Assembly (NCBI GenBank): GCA_964405015.1
Contig: CAYOME010000002.1
Coordinates: 68,174 to 132,173, forward strand
Origin: an uncultured Candidatus Saccharibacteria bacterium
GTDB taxonomy: Bacteria > Patescibacteriota > Dojkabacteria > SC72
Direction of reading: 5' to 3'
Length of the DNA stretch: 64,000 bases
The notes below the pieces were generated by a model. That model was not told the DNA's origin. It saw only the letters and a list, made by a program, of their open reading frames with translations, and ran no database searches. The first letter of the stretch is position 1. Each line of letters begins with the position of its first letter. Positions 48,442 through 57,762 of this stretch are shown piece after piece. A program made the translations under genes and the position numbers.

Positions 48442-48849
48442 CTAATCTCTATTAAAATACTCTGTAACTATCTTTCTACCTGTGGGTGTGAGATTGTAAT
48501 TTGAAAGGTCATCTTCTCCCCTTATTTCAACATATCCTTGTCCTTCATATATTTCTAATCCTTCTCTTTCAACATTGTTTAAAAGGAATATTTTTAGGGT
48601 TGTTTCAGATCCATCATCTTCTTGTTTTAAGAAATCTTTAAAAAAGATCAATTCTTCAGGATTAGGCTTAAGGTTAGTTTCTTCCTGTAGTTCTCGTATT
48701 GCTCCTTCTAAAGGTGTTTCATTTTTATTCATAGCTCCTCCGAATGTTGTGATACCATTTCTATTCTTAATCCCCGGTTTATTATCTCTTTGTTGTAAGA
48801 GTATGGAGTTCTCTTTTGTAACTAGTATTACACCTGAGTAATAGTTCAT
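48442..48849 (-). CDS. NUDIX hydrolase
   Basis: Nudix box GGAMNKNETPLEGAIRELQEETNL (GX5EX7REUXEEXGU). Confidence 0.7.
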   Translation of the reverse strand: MNYYSGVILVTKENSILLQQRDNKPGIKNRNGITTFGGAMNKNETPLEGAIRELQEETNLKPNPEELIFFKDFLKQEDDGSETTLKIFLLNNVEREGLEIYEGQGYVEIRGEDDLSNYNLTPTGRKIVTEYFNRD

Positions 48850-49788
48850 TTAATGTAATTGGTTAAACAACTTATATACGGCATGATTTTTTATTTTATG
48901 AGGTCTATTTCTAGCAACCCAATGTAGTTTTCTCACTCCAAAGATTATTGCATCGAGTTTGACTCTTTCAAGATAGTTAGAAGGTAATTGGTATATATAG
49001 TTATATCCCTTTACTAAATGGGCAAAGGAATCGCTATTAAAAGTATAAAAATGTCCAAGATCATGATATTTATTACAACCTCTTATATCTCCGAAATCAA
49101 TTATTCCTGAATACTTATTATTGTTTGAATATATATGCTCAGTACAGAAGTCTCCATGAGAAAGAAAAGAGATATTATCCTCTTCTAGCAATTTTATATT
49201 TGCTTCTAAATATTTCTTAATACTAAGTTCAATTTGGGTATCAATGATTTGCAAGTTTTTTAATTCTTCAATTCTCGACTCAAAATCTTCAAGAGCAAAA
49301 TCTAAATATGATGAATGTCTTGCTTTAAGCTGTCCTTCTTCCTCATTCTCAATATCTCCAAATCCTCCTACTTGAATACTGTTTATTTTAGCTAAGTCTT
49401 CTCCAGCCATAACAAGGATATCCTTTGTTATGCTATTGTCAGAGATTTTTTCTATTGAGTTACCTAAAATCGCTTTTTCTATGTAATATGGCAAGCCAAT
49501 TATGTTTTCTGTATTTTCTTTTGAGAATATAATTTCAGGAATATGAATATTTTTATCTAGCATTAAAGTATTTGCTTTTAGGAGACACTTTAGAGTATTT
49601 GTGTCTTCTATAATCTTTAGGTACAGATTTTCATCTTTGTAAACTAGATTAAAAACATTTGTAGAAACACCTTTCTGTATTGGAATGATTGAGAAGTTTT
49701 TGTAATGAGTTGTGAAGATCTCATTTTGAATCTTTTCAATATTTATATTCAATTTCATTGTAAATAATAGCATAAAAGTAATTCTCAT
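48850..49788 (-). CDS. Aminoglycoside/choline-kinase-like phosphotransferase (APH family)
   Basis: HGDFCTEHI (HGDxxxxN-like catalytic loop) and IIDFGD (DFG-type metal-binding motif). Confidence 0.55.
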   Translation of the reverse strand: MRITFMLLFTMKLNINIEKIQNEIFTTHYKNFSIIPIQKGVSTNVFNLVYKDENLYLKIIEDTNTLKCLLKANTLMLDKNIHIPEIIFSKENTENIIGLPYYIEKAILGNSIEKISDNSITKDILVMAGEDLAKINSIQVGGFGDIENEEEGQLKARHSSYLDFALEDFESRIEELKNLQIIDTQIELSIKKYLEANIKLLEEDNISFLSHGDFCTEHIYSNNNKYSGIIDFGDIRGCNKYHDLGHFYTFNSDSFAHLVKGYNYIYQLPSNYLERVKLDAIIFGVRKLHWVARNRPHKIKNHAVYKLFNQLH

Positions 49789-49933
49789 ATAGTGAAAGTG
49801 CAGTTAAATTACTTATTGAAAAAGTATGTAAGAAAAGAATTTAAATATCCTGTTAAAGGTTGAATAGCTTCTATTAATGTCCAAAAATAGAAATTCATGA
49901 TACGATAATTAATAACTTTGAAGATTTTTTTAT

Positions 49934-50710
49934 ATGGATAGCAATACAGAGCAAACTAACGTAAATCCAATTGTACCAAACGATGTACAACAATCCCTTA
50001 CTCATATAGAAACTAAAAAGAAGAGTTGGTTAGGTTTATATATCTCAGTATTTATCCTTTTCTTTTTGATAGGACTATTTACGTACTTACTTACGTTCCA
50101 CAAAGATGAAATACCATTCTTGAATAAAGATACCGAGATAGAAGAAAGGAATGATGATCAAGAAGTAGTTACAAACGACGAAGATATAACAGAGGAGAAA
50201 AAGGAAGAAGAAGAGGAGGAGGAAGTTGTAATAGTAGAACAGAAGGAATATATAAATGATAATTTTGGGGTACGATTATCATATCCAAAAGATTGGGTGA
50301 TTATAGAAGAAACTGAAGAGGGAGATATGGCACTTACTGTTAGAATTGGTAAGAGTAAAGATGCAACTACCAATATCTTCCTTTATCAGGTAATGCCGAC
50401 AAGTATAGATAAATGCGTATATTCTGAATCAGCATTAACAGTAACAGAAGGTCAATCATTAGAGGTATACTATGATAACTATGTATCTATAGGATCTGAT
50501 GATCAGTACCGAAGAAGTTTTGCTAAATATGGTGAAGTCGATTCCTACTTGGTTTGTAGAAAAACAGATGAAGAGTATACATTTAAAAGGGGGGGGCCAG
50601 AATTTATTACATATCACAACGTAGATGAAAATGATGTTGGAGCTTTAGCTATCCTAGATGATATATTACTTTCTTATGAATACTTTGGAGATGTGAGTAG
50701 TAAATGGTAG
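49934..50710 (+). CDS. Membrane-anchored hypothetical protein with a poly-Glu linker
   Basis: TM LGLYISVFILFFLIGLFTYLLTF. EEKKEEEEEEEVVIVEQKE. Confidence 0.35.
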   Translation: MDSNTEQTNVNPIVPNDVQQSLTHIETKKKSWLGLYISVFILFFLIGLFTYLLTFHKDEIPFLNKDTEIEERNDDQEVVTNDEDITEEKKEEEEEEEVVIVEQKEYINDNFGVRLSYPKDWVIIEETEEGDMALTVRIGKSKDATTNIFLYQVMPTSIDKCVYSESALTVTEGQSLEVYYDNYVSIGSDDQYRRSFAKYGEVDSYLVCRKTDEEYTFKRGGPEFITYHNVDENDVGALAILDDILLSYEYFGDVSSKW

Positions 50711-51555
50711 AGAAGAAACTAGCAATTATTGCTTCTGGTGGAGGTATGAAATGTAGTTATACAGCAGGTGTAGTAATTGCTCTTGCAAAAGAACTGAATA
50801 TTACCGATCCAGATATAGTTATTGCAGGATCTGGTAGTAGTGGTACTATGGCATACTATCTTGGTCGTCAATATGATTCTGTTACTAATGCATGGACTAA
50901 TCTCCTTTCAACTAAAACCTTTATTAATCCCTTACGTTTGAAAAAGATAATAGATATTGATTTCTTGGTAGATCAGGTATTTAAAGTAATAGATCCTTTG
51001 TTTGTAGATAAAGTAAAGGAATCTAAAAGTCAATTCTATATATCTACAACAGACTATGAGAACGGTAGTTTAAAATATTTCTCTAAGGATGATAACGAGG
51101 ATATCTTTGAAATGATAAGGGCATCTAAAGCTATGCCTGTTGTATACAACAAAAAGGTAAATATAGGGGAACATTCATATTGTGATAGTTTTATGTCTTC
51201 TTCTCCATATACTCATATTAAAAAGGCTATAGAATTAGGAGCTACACATATTATTGTAATTGATTGTAATGGTGGTAGAAAAAGTAAATTGCAAAGATTT
51301 GTATTTGGTATATGGGCACTCTTAAGAGGTAATACCTTTAGATCTAGCTATTATGCCAATGAGAAAGAATGTATAAATACAAGTTATGGTAGTGGTATTA
51401 ATATGGTTAACATTCATCCAAGAAAGAAATTGAAACTGGGTACATTAGAAAACAGTAAGAAAGAGTTATTCAAGACCTTTTATATGGGATACAATGATTG
51501 TAAAGAAGATACGAATCTTAGATCTCTGTTGAGTGATTATTTAGTTTCAAAGTAA
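50704..51555 (+). CDS. Patatin-like phospholipase domain protein (tentative)
   Basis: IASGGGMKCSYTAGVV (GGGxK/R oxyanion motif), AGSGSSGT near the expected GxSxG position, and a later ID.NGG. Confidence 0.4.
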   Translation: MVEKKLAIIASGGGMKCSYTAGVVIALAKELNITDPDIVIAGSGSSGTMAYYLGRQYDSVTNAWTNLLSTKTFINPLRLKKIIDIDFLVDQVFKVIDPLFVDKVKESKSQFYISTTDYENGSLKYFSKDDNEDIFEMIRASKAMPVVYNKKVNIGEHSYCDSFMSSSPYTHIKKAIELGATHIIVIDCNGGRKSKLQRFVFGIWALLRGNTFRSSYYANEKECINTSYGSGINMVNIHPRKKLKLGTLENSKKELFKTFYMGYNDCKEDTNLRSLLSDYLVSK

Positions 51556-51598
51556 ACAGTAATTGACAATCAAGAAGATATAAAACTATACTAAAGTT

Positions 51599-52135
51599 AT
51601 GAAAAAGAAAGCCAATATTTCAAAGAAAAAATTGTTAATGGGTGTTGTTATAACTATTTTTTTAGTTATTTTCTCTGCATATTTATATGTAATAAATAAA
51701 CCTAGTTGTGATGATAGATCATATGATGATGGATGGGAATGTAGGTACCCTGAGTATCTTCCTTTTATGCCAATAAGTAAAGATATTCAATACAAGATAA
51801 AATGTACAAAAGAAGGTGGAGAGTATAAGAGTATGGTTGTTACAGATTTCCTTTATTCTGGAAGTCCATATAAACCTGAAAATGGTCCACTTTTTTATTG
51901 TATGATTGATTACTCAGATTACGGTAAATCATGTAGTTCTAGTGAAGAATGTAAAGGTGGTTGTGAATATCTTGGAGAGGTTCCTTCTACTTGTAATAGC
52001 CAGGATGGTAAGTTATATACTTGTACTGAAAATGTTGTAGGTACATGTACTAAGGGTCGTGAGGATGGCCATAATGGTAGAAAGATAGTAGATGGTAATA
52101 CTATTCTTCAAACAGAGTTAGGGATAATTAATTAG
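51599..52135 (+). CDS. Secreted Cys-rich hypothetical protein
   Basis: Signal-anchor MGVVITIFLVIFSAYLYVI. 12 Cys in the mature part. Confidence 0.35.
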   Translation: MKKKANISKKKLLMGVVITIFLVIFSAYLYVINKPSCDDRSYDDGWECRYPEYLPFMPISKDIQYKIKCTKEGGEYKSMVVTDFLYSGSPYKPENGPLFYCMIDYSDYGKSCSSSEECKGGCEYLGEVPSTCNSQDGKLYTCTENVVGTCTKGREDGHNGRKIVDGNTILQTELGIIN

Positions 52136-52217
52136 ATTTAAATATGTCTCAAACTATTGATAAATTAGTGTGGATAGATCTTTTGCTTTCCTAACAGAGA
52201 AAATAATTCAATTCGGT

Positions 52218-52508
52218 TTATTCCTTTTTCCTCCTCAGTGCGTATTTATTAAACAGGTATATAGCTATACCTGGTATTATTAATGCTTTGATAACCATAA
52301 TTGCAATACTGATAAAGGTTGCACTAAAAATTTCTGAATCAATTCTTTGACCAAACATAAAGTAACAGAAGCAATCGCACAAGAGACCTTCTGGGCAGGA
52401 TGGACAAGCACAAAGGGTTGCTGTAGGTTCTGGGACTATTAAAAAAAGGATAAACCATATTAATATAGAGATTAATACCTTAAGAGATATCCTAGCTATG
52501 TTTTTCAT
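52218..52508 (-). CDS. Small membrane protein with a Cys cluster
   Basis: Two TM helices flanking LCACPSCPEGLLCDCFCYF. Confidence 0.3.
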   Translation of the reverse strand: MKNIARISLKVLISILIWFILFLIVPEPTATLCACPSCPEGLLCDCFCYFMFGQRIDSEIFSATFISIAIMVIKALIIPGIAIYLFNKYALRRKKE

Positions 52509-52935
52509 ACTTACCTTTCTTAATATTAAGTAATTCAGTATCCCAATTTAATACTGTAATAGTTGTTTGTAATACTCCTGCAAAAGATACCCAAAGTAAA
52601 TATGGAATTTGCATATATGCTACCCATGGATAGTAGGGGAATATAGCAACCATGATCCATATTAGTGTAATTAGTAGTAGTAATATATCGATAGCTGCTA
52701 ATAGGTTACTTTTGAGTACCCATTGTATTGGTGAAAAGAGAATATTAAAAATGATATTTAGTACAAATGGTAATACTAAAATAGTATCTAGTTCTCCCTT
52801 ATATACTTTGAAAAATCCATATCCAAAGGATATAAATATTAAGATGTAAAGAAAAGACCATACTGGTCCAAATAGTGAAGATGGTGGTGCCCATGATGGT
52901 TTAATAGTTTTTGAATACCATTTTTTTGAATCCAT
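52492..52935 (-). CDS. TspO/MBR-family tryptophan-rich sensory protein
   Basis: IKPSWAPPSSLFGPVWSFLYILI and the 5-TM layout typical of TspO. Confidence 0.6.
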   Translation of the reverse strand: MDSKKWYSKTIKPSWAPPSSLFGPVWSFLYILIFISFGYGFFKVYKGELDTILVLPFVLNIIFNILFSPIQWVLKSNLLAAIDILLLLITLIWIMVAIFPYYPWVAYMQIPYLLWVSFAGVLQTTITVLNWDTELLNIKKGKYEKHS

Positions 52936-52941
52936 TGCTTC

Positions 52942-53853
52942 CTAAAATATTTTGTTAAATACCGTAGTAAATATAATAATCGTTAATATGAAAAGAACAA
53001 TAATAGCTAATATGATGGTATTTCGGAGATACTCTTTTGACATTTTTGAAATATACCCATAGAAATTATTACGATAGTCTTTTTCAATAGCAAAAATACA
53101 ACCGGAGAATTTTAAAGGAAGTAACTCTTTGTTCTTACTCCATTTGCCTACAACCCAACCATATATACCGTAGGGAATATACCTTTCATTGTAAGTATTA
53201 TTCAGAAATAGTTCTTGAGAGAAGTTAACTACCTTATTATGTGTAGAAAAGGAATTGAGTTTATTAAAACTTTGTAAAAGATATTCCGATGAAATATCAC
53301 TTGCTTGTAAAGAATTGCTCTTTTCTTGAAGGATGTAATTGTAGAAATGTGATAAATTATGTGTCTTGGGATTGTACGTATTCTCTGGGAAGTAAGTAAT
53401 CGATAGTAATCCATTCATAGGTATCGATTCCCCTGACGGATTTATTGTTGCTGGTATTTGTTGGGCACCTCCCGCTACTAGATTATTTCCGTATGTATAA
53501 GCGACGGTTCTCTGTTTTGTTATTGGTGAATATACGAAATTGTTTTTATCTTGTGCCTCAATGGTACCTTCCAAACAAACAATCTCGTTATTCTTAAAGA
53601 ATTGAACTCTATTTCTGGCATTTAAATATGCTTTCTTAGTTTTAGAAATTTCAAATATTGCGAATATATTTTCTTTTAGAATGTAGAGGATTGTAGAGAG
53701 TATGAAGTTACCTATTAATATCATAAATACCGTAGAAAAGATTTGCATATTAAACGGATCTTTACTGTTTTCTAATGAAAGATACACTAGTAACGCTGTG
53801 GATAGTACGTAATAGATAAAAAAAAGTGTCTTGTTTCTTATTAAATCAATCAT
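52942..53853 (-). CDS. Hypothetical membrane protein. The track ORF extends to 54081, but ATG 53853 (MIDLIRNK...) avoids overlap with the 53936 + gene.
   Basis: The long track ORF overlaps the convergent/divergent + ORF by 146 nt. An internal Met is followed by TM helices. Confidence 0.35.
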   Translation of the reverse strand: MIDLIRNKTLFFIYYVLSTALLVYLSLENSKDPFNMQIFSTVFMILIGNFILSTILYILKENIFAIFEISKTKKAYLNARNRVQFFKNNEIVCLEGTIEAQDKNNFVYSPITKQRTVAYTYGNNLVAGGAQQIPATINPSGESIPMNGLLSITYFPENTYNPKTHNLSHFYNYILQEKSNSLQASDISSEYLLQSFNKLNSFSTHNKVVNFSQELFLNNTYNERYIPYGIYGWVVGKWSKNKELLPLKFSGCIFAIEKDYRNNFYGYISKMSKEYLRNTIILAIIVLFILTIIIFTTVFNKIF

Positions 53854-53935
53854 AATCAATTCTAGAATATCTATATGGTTATAACAAGAATAATCTCTGA
53901 TATAATACATAGTAACTAAAATTGTATTAATAAAT

Positions 53936-54772
53936 ATGAACAAAACCCTCAAATACATTATATTCTTTTTAATATTTGTATTAATTGGTGTTGGGGTATT
54001 TCTCATAGTTAAGAATATGGGTAATGATGATAAGAAGGAGAATGGTGATGATGTTAATACCGTAGTATCTGATGATTCCAAATTAGAATACCTTTTAGAA
54101 GGATATCCTATTGATGAGGTACCTTTGTATAAGTTGACAGAGGTTAGTTCTAGTAAATATATAATTAACTTTGATCCTAAGAATACCTCGTATTTTGATC
54201 ATACTAATTTTGCATATTACAATGTAGTTTTGTATACACAAGCATCACAATCTGAATTCTTAGAATATTACAAAAATCTTTTCGACGAAGAGATAGTAGA
54301 TGAATATCCTATGCCTGATATGGTGAAAGGAACTATTGGTAAGTATAGGGTAACTGCTGCTCACTATGATTCATATGATACCGGATATATTCAGGTATAT
54401 CTTCCTAATAGTGAATTTACTAAAGAAAATAAATATTTTGATAAATATCCAGATTTGTTTGAGATGGATAATATGTTTGTAGAACACGAGAATTCATATG
54501 GTTTACTTAATCAAGTAGGGGGCCAAACAGAATATACAAAATATTTTACTGTACTTAATAGCGGGGATCAGAATAATGATGGTTTAGATGATGTGGATGA
54601 ATTTGGAGTATTAATATCTAAATATCAAGATCTTTATAATGGTAAAGATGAATATACGTATGATACAAATACTGGATATATGAAATGGAAAGAGGATGGA
54701 TATTCTGTTACTGTAAGTTTCTCAAGAGATCATGGAAGGATATATCTTAATATGAGGGGTAGTATTATTTAA
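53936..54772 (+). CDS. Signal-anchored hypothetical protein
   Basis: MNKTLKYIIFFLIFVLIGVGVFLIV N-terminal anchor. Confidence 0.4.
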   Translation: MNKTLKYIIFFLIFVLIGVGVFLIVKNMGNDDKKENGDDVNTVVSDDSKLEYLLEGYPIDEVPLYKLTEVSSSKYIINFDPKNTSYFDHTNFAYYNVVLYTQASQSEFLEYYKNLFDEEIVDEYPMPDMVKGTIGKYRVTAAHYDSYDTGYIQVYLPNSEFTKENKYFDKYPDLFEMDNMFVEHENSYGLLNQVGGQTEYTKYFTVLNSGDQNNDGLDDVDEFGVLISKYQDLYNGKDEYTYDTNTGYMKWKEDGYSVTVSFSRDHGRIYLNMRGSII

Positions 54773-54951
54773 GATATTCCTTTATCTTGTTGTATTGACC
54801 CTTGGTTAGAAATATTCTATGTATATTCTTGTCTTGGGTTTCTCCTGTAAGAGTAGCTGTATTGGATATTCCCCAATTCACTATCTTTAAAGTAGTTTTG
54901 TTTAGATCTATATAGTAATACTGTTTTTCTTTGTTCATATTATTAATATTC

Positions 54952-55206
54952 TTAAATATATGATTTCTTCCTATGAGGACATCCTGCCCAACAACAGGGT
55001 CTTCTTTTTCCTTCTAGTAGTTCATCACACAGTCTTTGAATTCTTTTAACTCTTGTTTCATCCTTTTTCGCTGATATTATCCAACATATGAATTCATTTT
55101 TTGCTAATGGTGTTAGATCTTCCCAAAGTAATTTAATATTTGGAGTAGAGTCTAATGCTAAAGAGAGATCTTTAGGAGTTTTATGAGGTAATTGATTATC
55201 AATCAT
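54952..55206 (-). CDS. YdeI/OmpD-associated-family small protein
   Basis: LLWEDLTPLAKNEFICWIISAKKDETRVKRIQRLCDEL resembles the PF13376-type domain. Confidence 0.45.
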   Translation of the reverse strand: MIDNQLPHKTPKDLSLALDSTPNIKLLWEDLTPLAKNEFICWIISAKKDETRVKRIQRLCDELLEGKRRPCCWAGCPHRKKSYI

Positions 55207-55208
55207 TG

Positions 55209-55973
55209 TTATTTACAGATCTCATTTTCAGAGATCATATTAAACTTCTTTGTTTCGGTACTATACATAAATATGCCGAGTTGATCCTTATCACATACTC
55301 CTTTTATTATATTGTTTATATTCTCTGTTTCACTAGCATCTCCTCCTAAACCATATTCATGAGTTTTAAATATCAATGTAGATCTACTATCTTCTCCATA
55401 TACATTTAAGTTATCTATCTCTACAGGAGATTCGACACCCCACATTAGATTCATTGTTTCTTTAACAATATCTATTTCATAGAGATGGCCATATGAATAT
55501 ACAACAAAGGTATTATCTATTAAGTAATCAATCCTGTTATTGTATATCTCCCGCTTTGTACTCTCTATCTCTTCACTATCAAACTTCTCACTATTACTAT
55601 CTAATATGCTATACAATTTTGTCTTTAGGAATTGATTACAAGCTACATGTTTTTCAGTCCTATTACCAAACATTATTCCATATTGTAAATGATATCTAGA
55701 AGAATCTTTATTAACTGATTCTTGTATTTCAATATAGTTACATTCAACGATTTCTTCTGTTTCTTCAGGGGCATTTCCATCTTCATCACTCTTAATTATC
55801 TCTCCATCAGTATCATCAGATTTAGGATCATTTTGTACTATCTGGTTACAATCTTTGTTTAAATTTGAGAAATACAAATATCCGAATGTTGTAGAAACAG
55901 AGAGTAGGAGAAATATACATATGTATATTAATATCCACTTAGTTGATATATTTGTTTTTTCTTTTGTATCCAT
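55209..55973 (-). CDS. Membrane-anchored hypothetical protein
   Basis: N-terminal TM WILIYICIFLLLSVSTTFGYLYF. Confidence 0.35.
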   Translation of the reverse strand: MDTKEKTNISTKWILIYICIFLLLSVSTTFGYLYFSNLNKDCNQIVQNDPKSDDTDGEIIKSDEDGNAPEETEEIVECNYIEIQESVNKDSSRYHLQYGIMFGNRTEKHVACNQFLKTKLYSILDSNSEKFDSEEIESTKREIYNNRIDYLIDNTFVVYSYGHLYEIDIVKETMNLMWGVESPVEIDNLNVYGEDSRSTLIFKTHEYGLGGDASETENINNIIKGVCDKDQLGIFMYSTETKKFNMISENEICK

Positions 55974-56008
55974 ATATTTATAGAAAGAAATTAATTTTAT
56001 TAAAGATA

Positions 56009-56542
56009 CTATTCTTCCTTAGTATCTTTTACTTTCTTCTTAGCTACAGACTTTTTAACAACAGGCTTCTTAAGAGTATCAAGTGTAATTATGATCTCAT
56101 CTAATTTTGCAATTATCAATTCTAATTGCTCATTCTGTTTGTTACTTCCGCCACTGTTATTACTTCTCTCATGTGTGTTACCTCTTTTCTCAAAACAGCT
56201 ACTACAGTAAATAGGTTTATCTGAGCTTGGGTTGAAAGGTACTTTACACTCTTTACCACAATCATCGCATATGGCAGAAAACATTTGTTTCTCTCCTCTA
56301 TCCCTATCTCTAGAATCGCCATAGCTTCTTCTACTGTTATCTCTTCTTTCATATCTATTTGAATTACCACTACCCTGTTTTTCAAAACAGTTACTACAAT
56401 ATATTGGTTTATCTCCTGATGGTCTGAATGGTACTTGGCAATCTTTACCACATTGGTCACATACCGCTGGATACATTTCAGTTCTTCTTCCAGAATCTCT
56501 TCCTCCTGATCTACTATTACTATTTCTATCAAATCTTCCCAT
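56009..56542 (-). CDS. Tandem double zinc-ribbon protein with RS/RD-rich linkers
   Basis: Two copies of C-x2-CGK-x-C-x-VPF-x-PS-x-DKPIYCS-x-CFEK separated by NSNRYERRDNSRRSYGDSRDRDRGEK. The 56122..56532 antisense-frame ORF in the track is spurious. Confidence 0.5.
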   Translation of the reverse strand: MGRFDRNSNSRSGGRDSGRRTEMYPAVCDQCGKDCQVPFRPSGDKPIYCSNCFEKQGSGNSNRYERRDNSRRSYGDSRDRDRGEKQMFSAICDDCGKECKVPFNPSSDKPIYCSSCFEKRGNTHERSNNSGGSNKQNEQLELIIAKLDEIIITLDTLKKPVVKKSVAKKKVKDTKEE

Positions 56543-56761
56543 TTTTTATTAACTAATATTAATACTGCTATTCACTCTATATTATTTAGGTAGAGATAAC
56601 AAGGAAATAGGATGGTTATTGTAGTAGGTGGTGGTATCTTGTTGGAACATACCCAATTAATGATAGGATAATTAAAAGTAGATTTCGTAATCAGATTATT
56701 ACAAAGAATTTCTTTAATAAATATTACATACGTTTTTATGTATTTGTTATAATCACACATT

Positions 56762-57673
56762 ATGAAATCAAAGTTATCAGGTTATCTGTTTGTATTCCTA
56801 TCTGTATTTATTTACGGACTTTATGGAATATATACAAGACATATTGCAGGAACATTTGGAGCTTTTAATATTCAGTTTTTCAGAGAAGGATTAACAGCTT
56901 TGATAATTCTTGTATTAACACTCTTGGGATTATCAAAATGGGGAAAGATACAAATAGAAGATATAAAATATCTAATTCTTCTTGGAGTTGTATCAACAAT
57001 TAGCAATGTCTGTATGTATTATGTTTATCAACTACTTCCATTAGGAATAGCATCATTTACTACCTATGCTTCAATAATTGTAATTAGTTTGATAATGGGA
57101 ATTATTATCTTTAAAGAGAAACTAAACTTGATAAATAGCATTTCTTTGATATTGGCAGTACTTGGATTACTCATTATGTTTCAGATACAAACTGGTGATT
57201 TGAATATTTGGGGTATAGTTGCAGGATTGGGATTTGGTTTTCTAATTTCTTCATTTGCAACTTTAACTAAGAAGCTAAAAGGGGACTATGGCCCATTGCA
57301 AGTGTATATGATTGCAGCAACAATAACATCTATTTCTTCACTTTTTATCTCACTGTTATTCAAAGAAAAGTTCCCAGTTATGGAATTTAGTTCGGTTTGG
57401 ATTTGGGTTGTAGTATTTGCTATCTCTGCTGCTCTTGCTAATGGTTTGTATATTTTAGGATTACAACAGAAGATTGAAATATCAATTGCCAGTATTATTA
57501 TGCCAATGGAGAGTGTAACTGCAGCTGTAACGGGATTAATATTTTTTCAGGAGAAAATGGGAGTAAGAAGTATATTAGGAGCAGTAATCATTCTTATTGC
57601 ATCAATAATTCCGCAGGTAGTTGAATTGATAAAAGAAAAGAGACTAAAAAATAGTATGAAGATGTCTGAATAA
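56762..57673 (+). CDS. EamA/DMT-superfamily transporter
   Basis: 10 TM helices in two 5-TM halves. Confidence 0.55.
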   Translation: MKSKLSGYLFVFLSVFIYGLYGIYTRHIAGTFGAFNIQFFREGLTALIILVLTLLGLSKWGKIQIEDIKYLILLGVVSTISNVCMYYVYQLLPLGIASFTTYASIIVISLIMGIIIFKEKLNLINSISLILAVLGLLIMFQIQTGDLNIWGIVAGLGFGFLISSFATLTKKLKGDYGPLQVYMIAATITSISSLFISLLFKEKFPVMEFSSVWIWVVVFAISAALANGLYILGLQQKIEISIASIIMPMESVTAAVTGLIFFQEKMGVRSILGAVIILIASIIPQVVELIKEKRLKNSMKMSE

Positions 57674-57762
57674 GAACTTATTCTCATCTTCAGCTTCGAC
57701 TAGTAGATATTTATGTTTTTCATCTATGAAATTACTTCTAGAGATATTGTGATCTTCTACTA

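Noticed and set aside
54765-54938. 57-aa minus-strand ORF (MNKEKQYYYIDLNKTTLKIVNWGISNTATLTGETQDKNIHRIFLTKGQYNKIKEYLK) downstream of the YdeI-like gene
   Set aside because: Considered as a split DUF1905-like N-domain of a YdeI-family protein, but it lies downstream of the C-domain gene rather than upstream and shows no recognisable motif. Left uncalled.
56122-56532. 136-aa minus-strand ORF
   Set aside because: Alternative frame within the double zinc-ribbon gene. The other frame carries the duplicated CxxC motifs.
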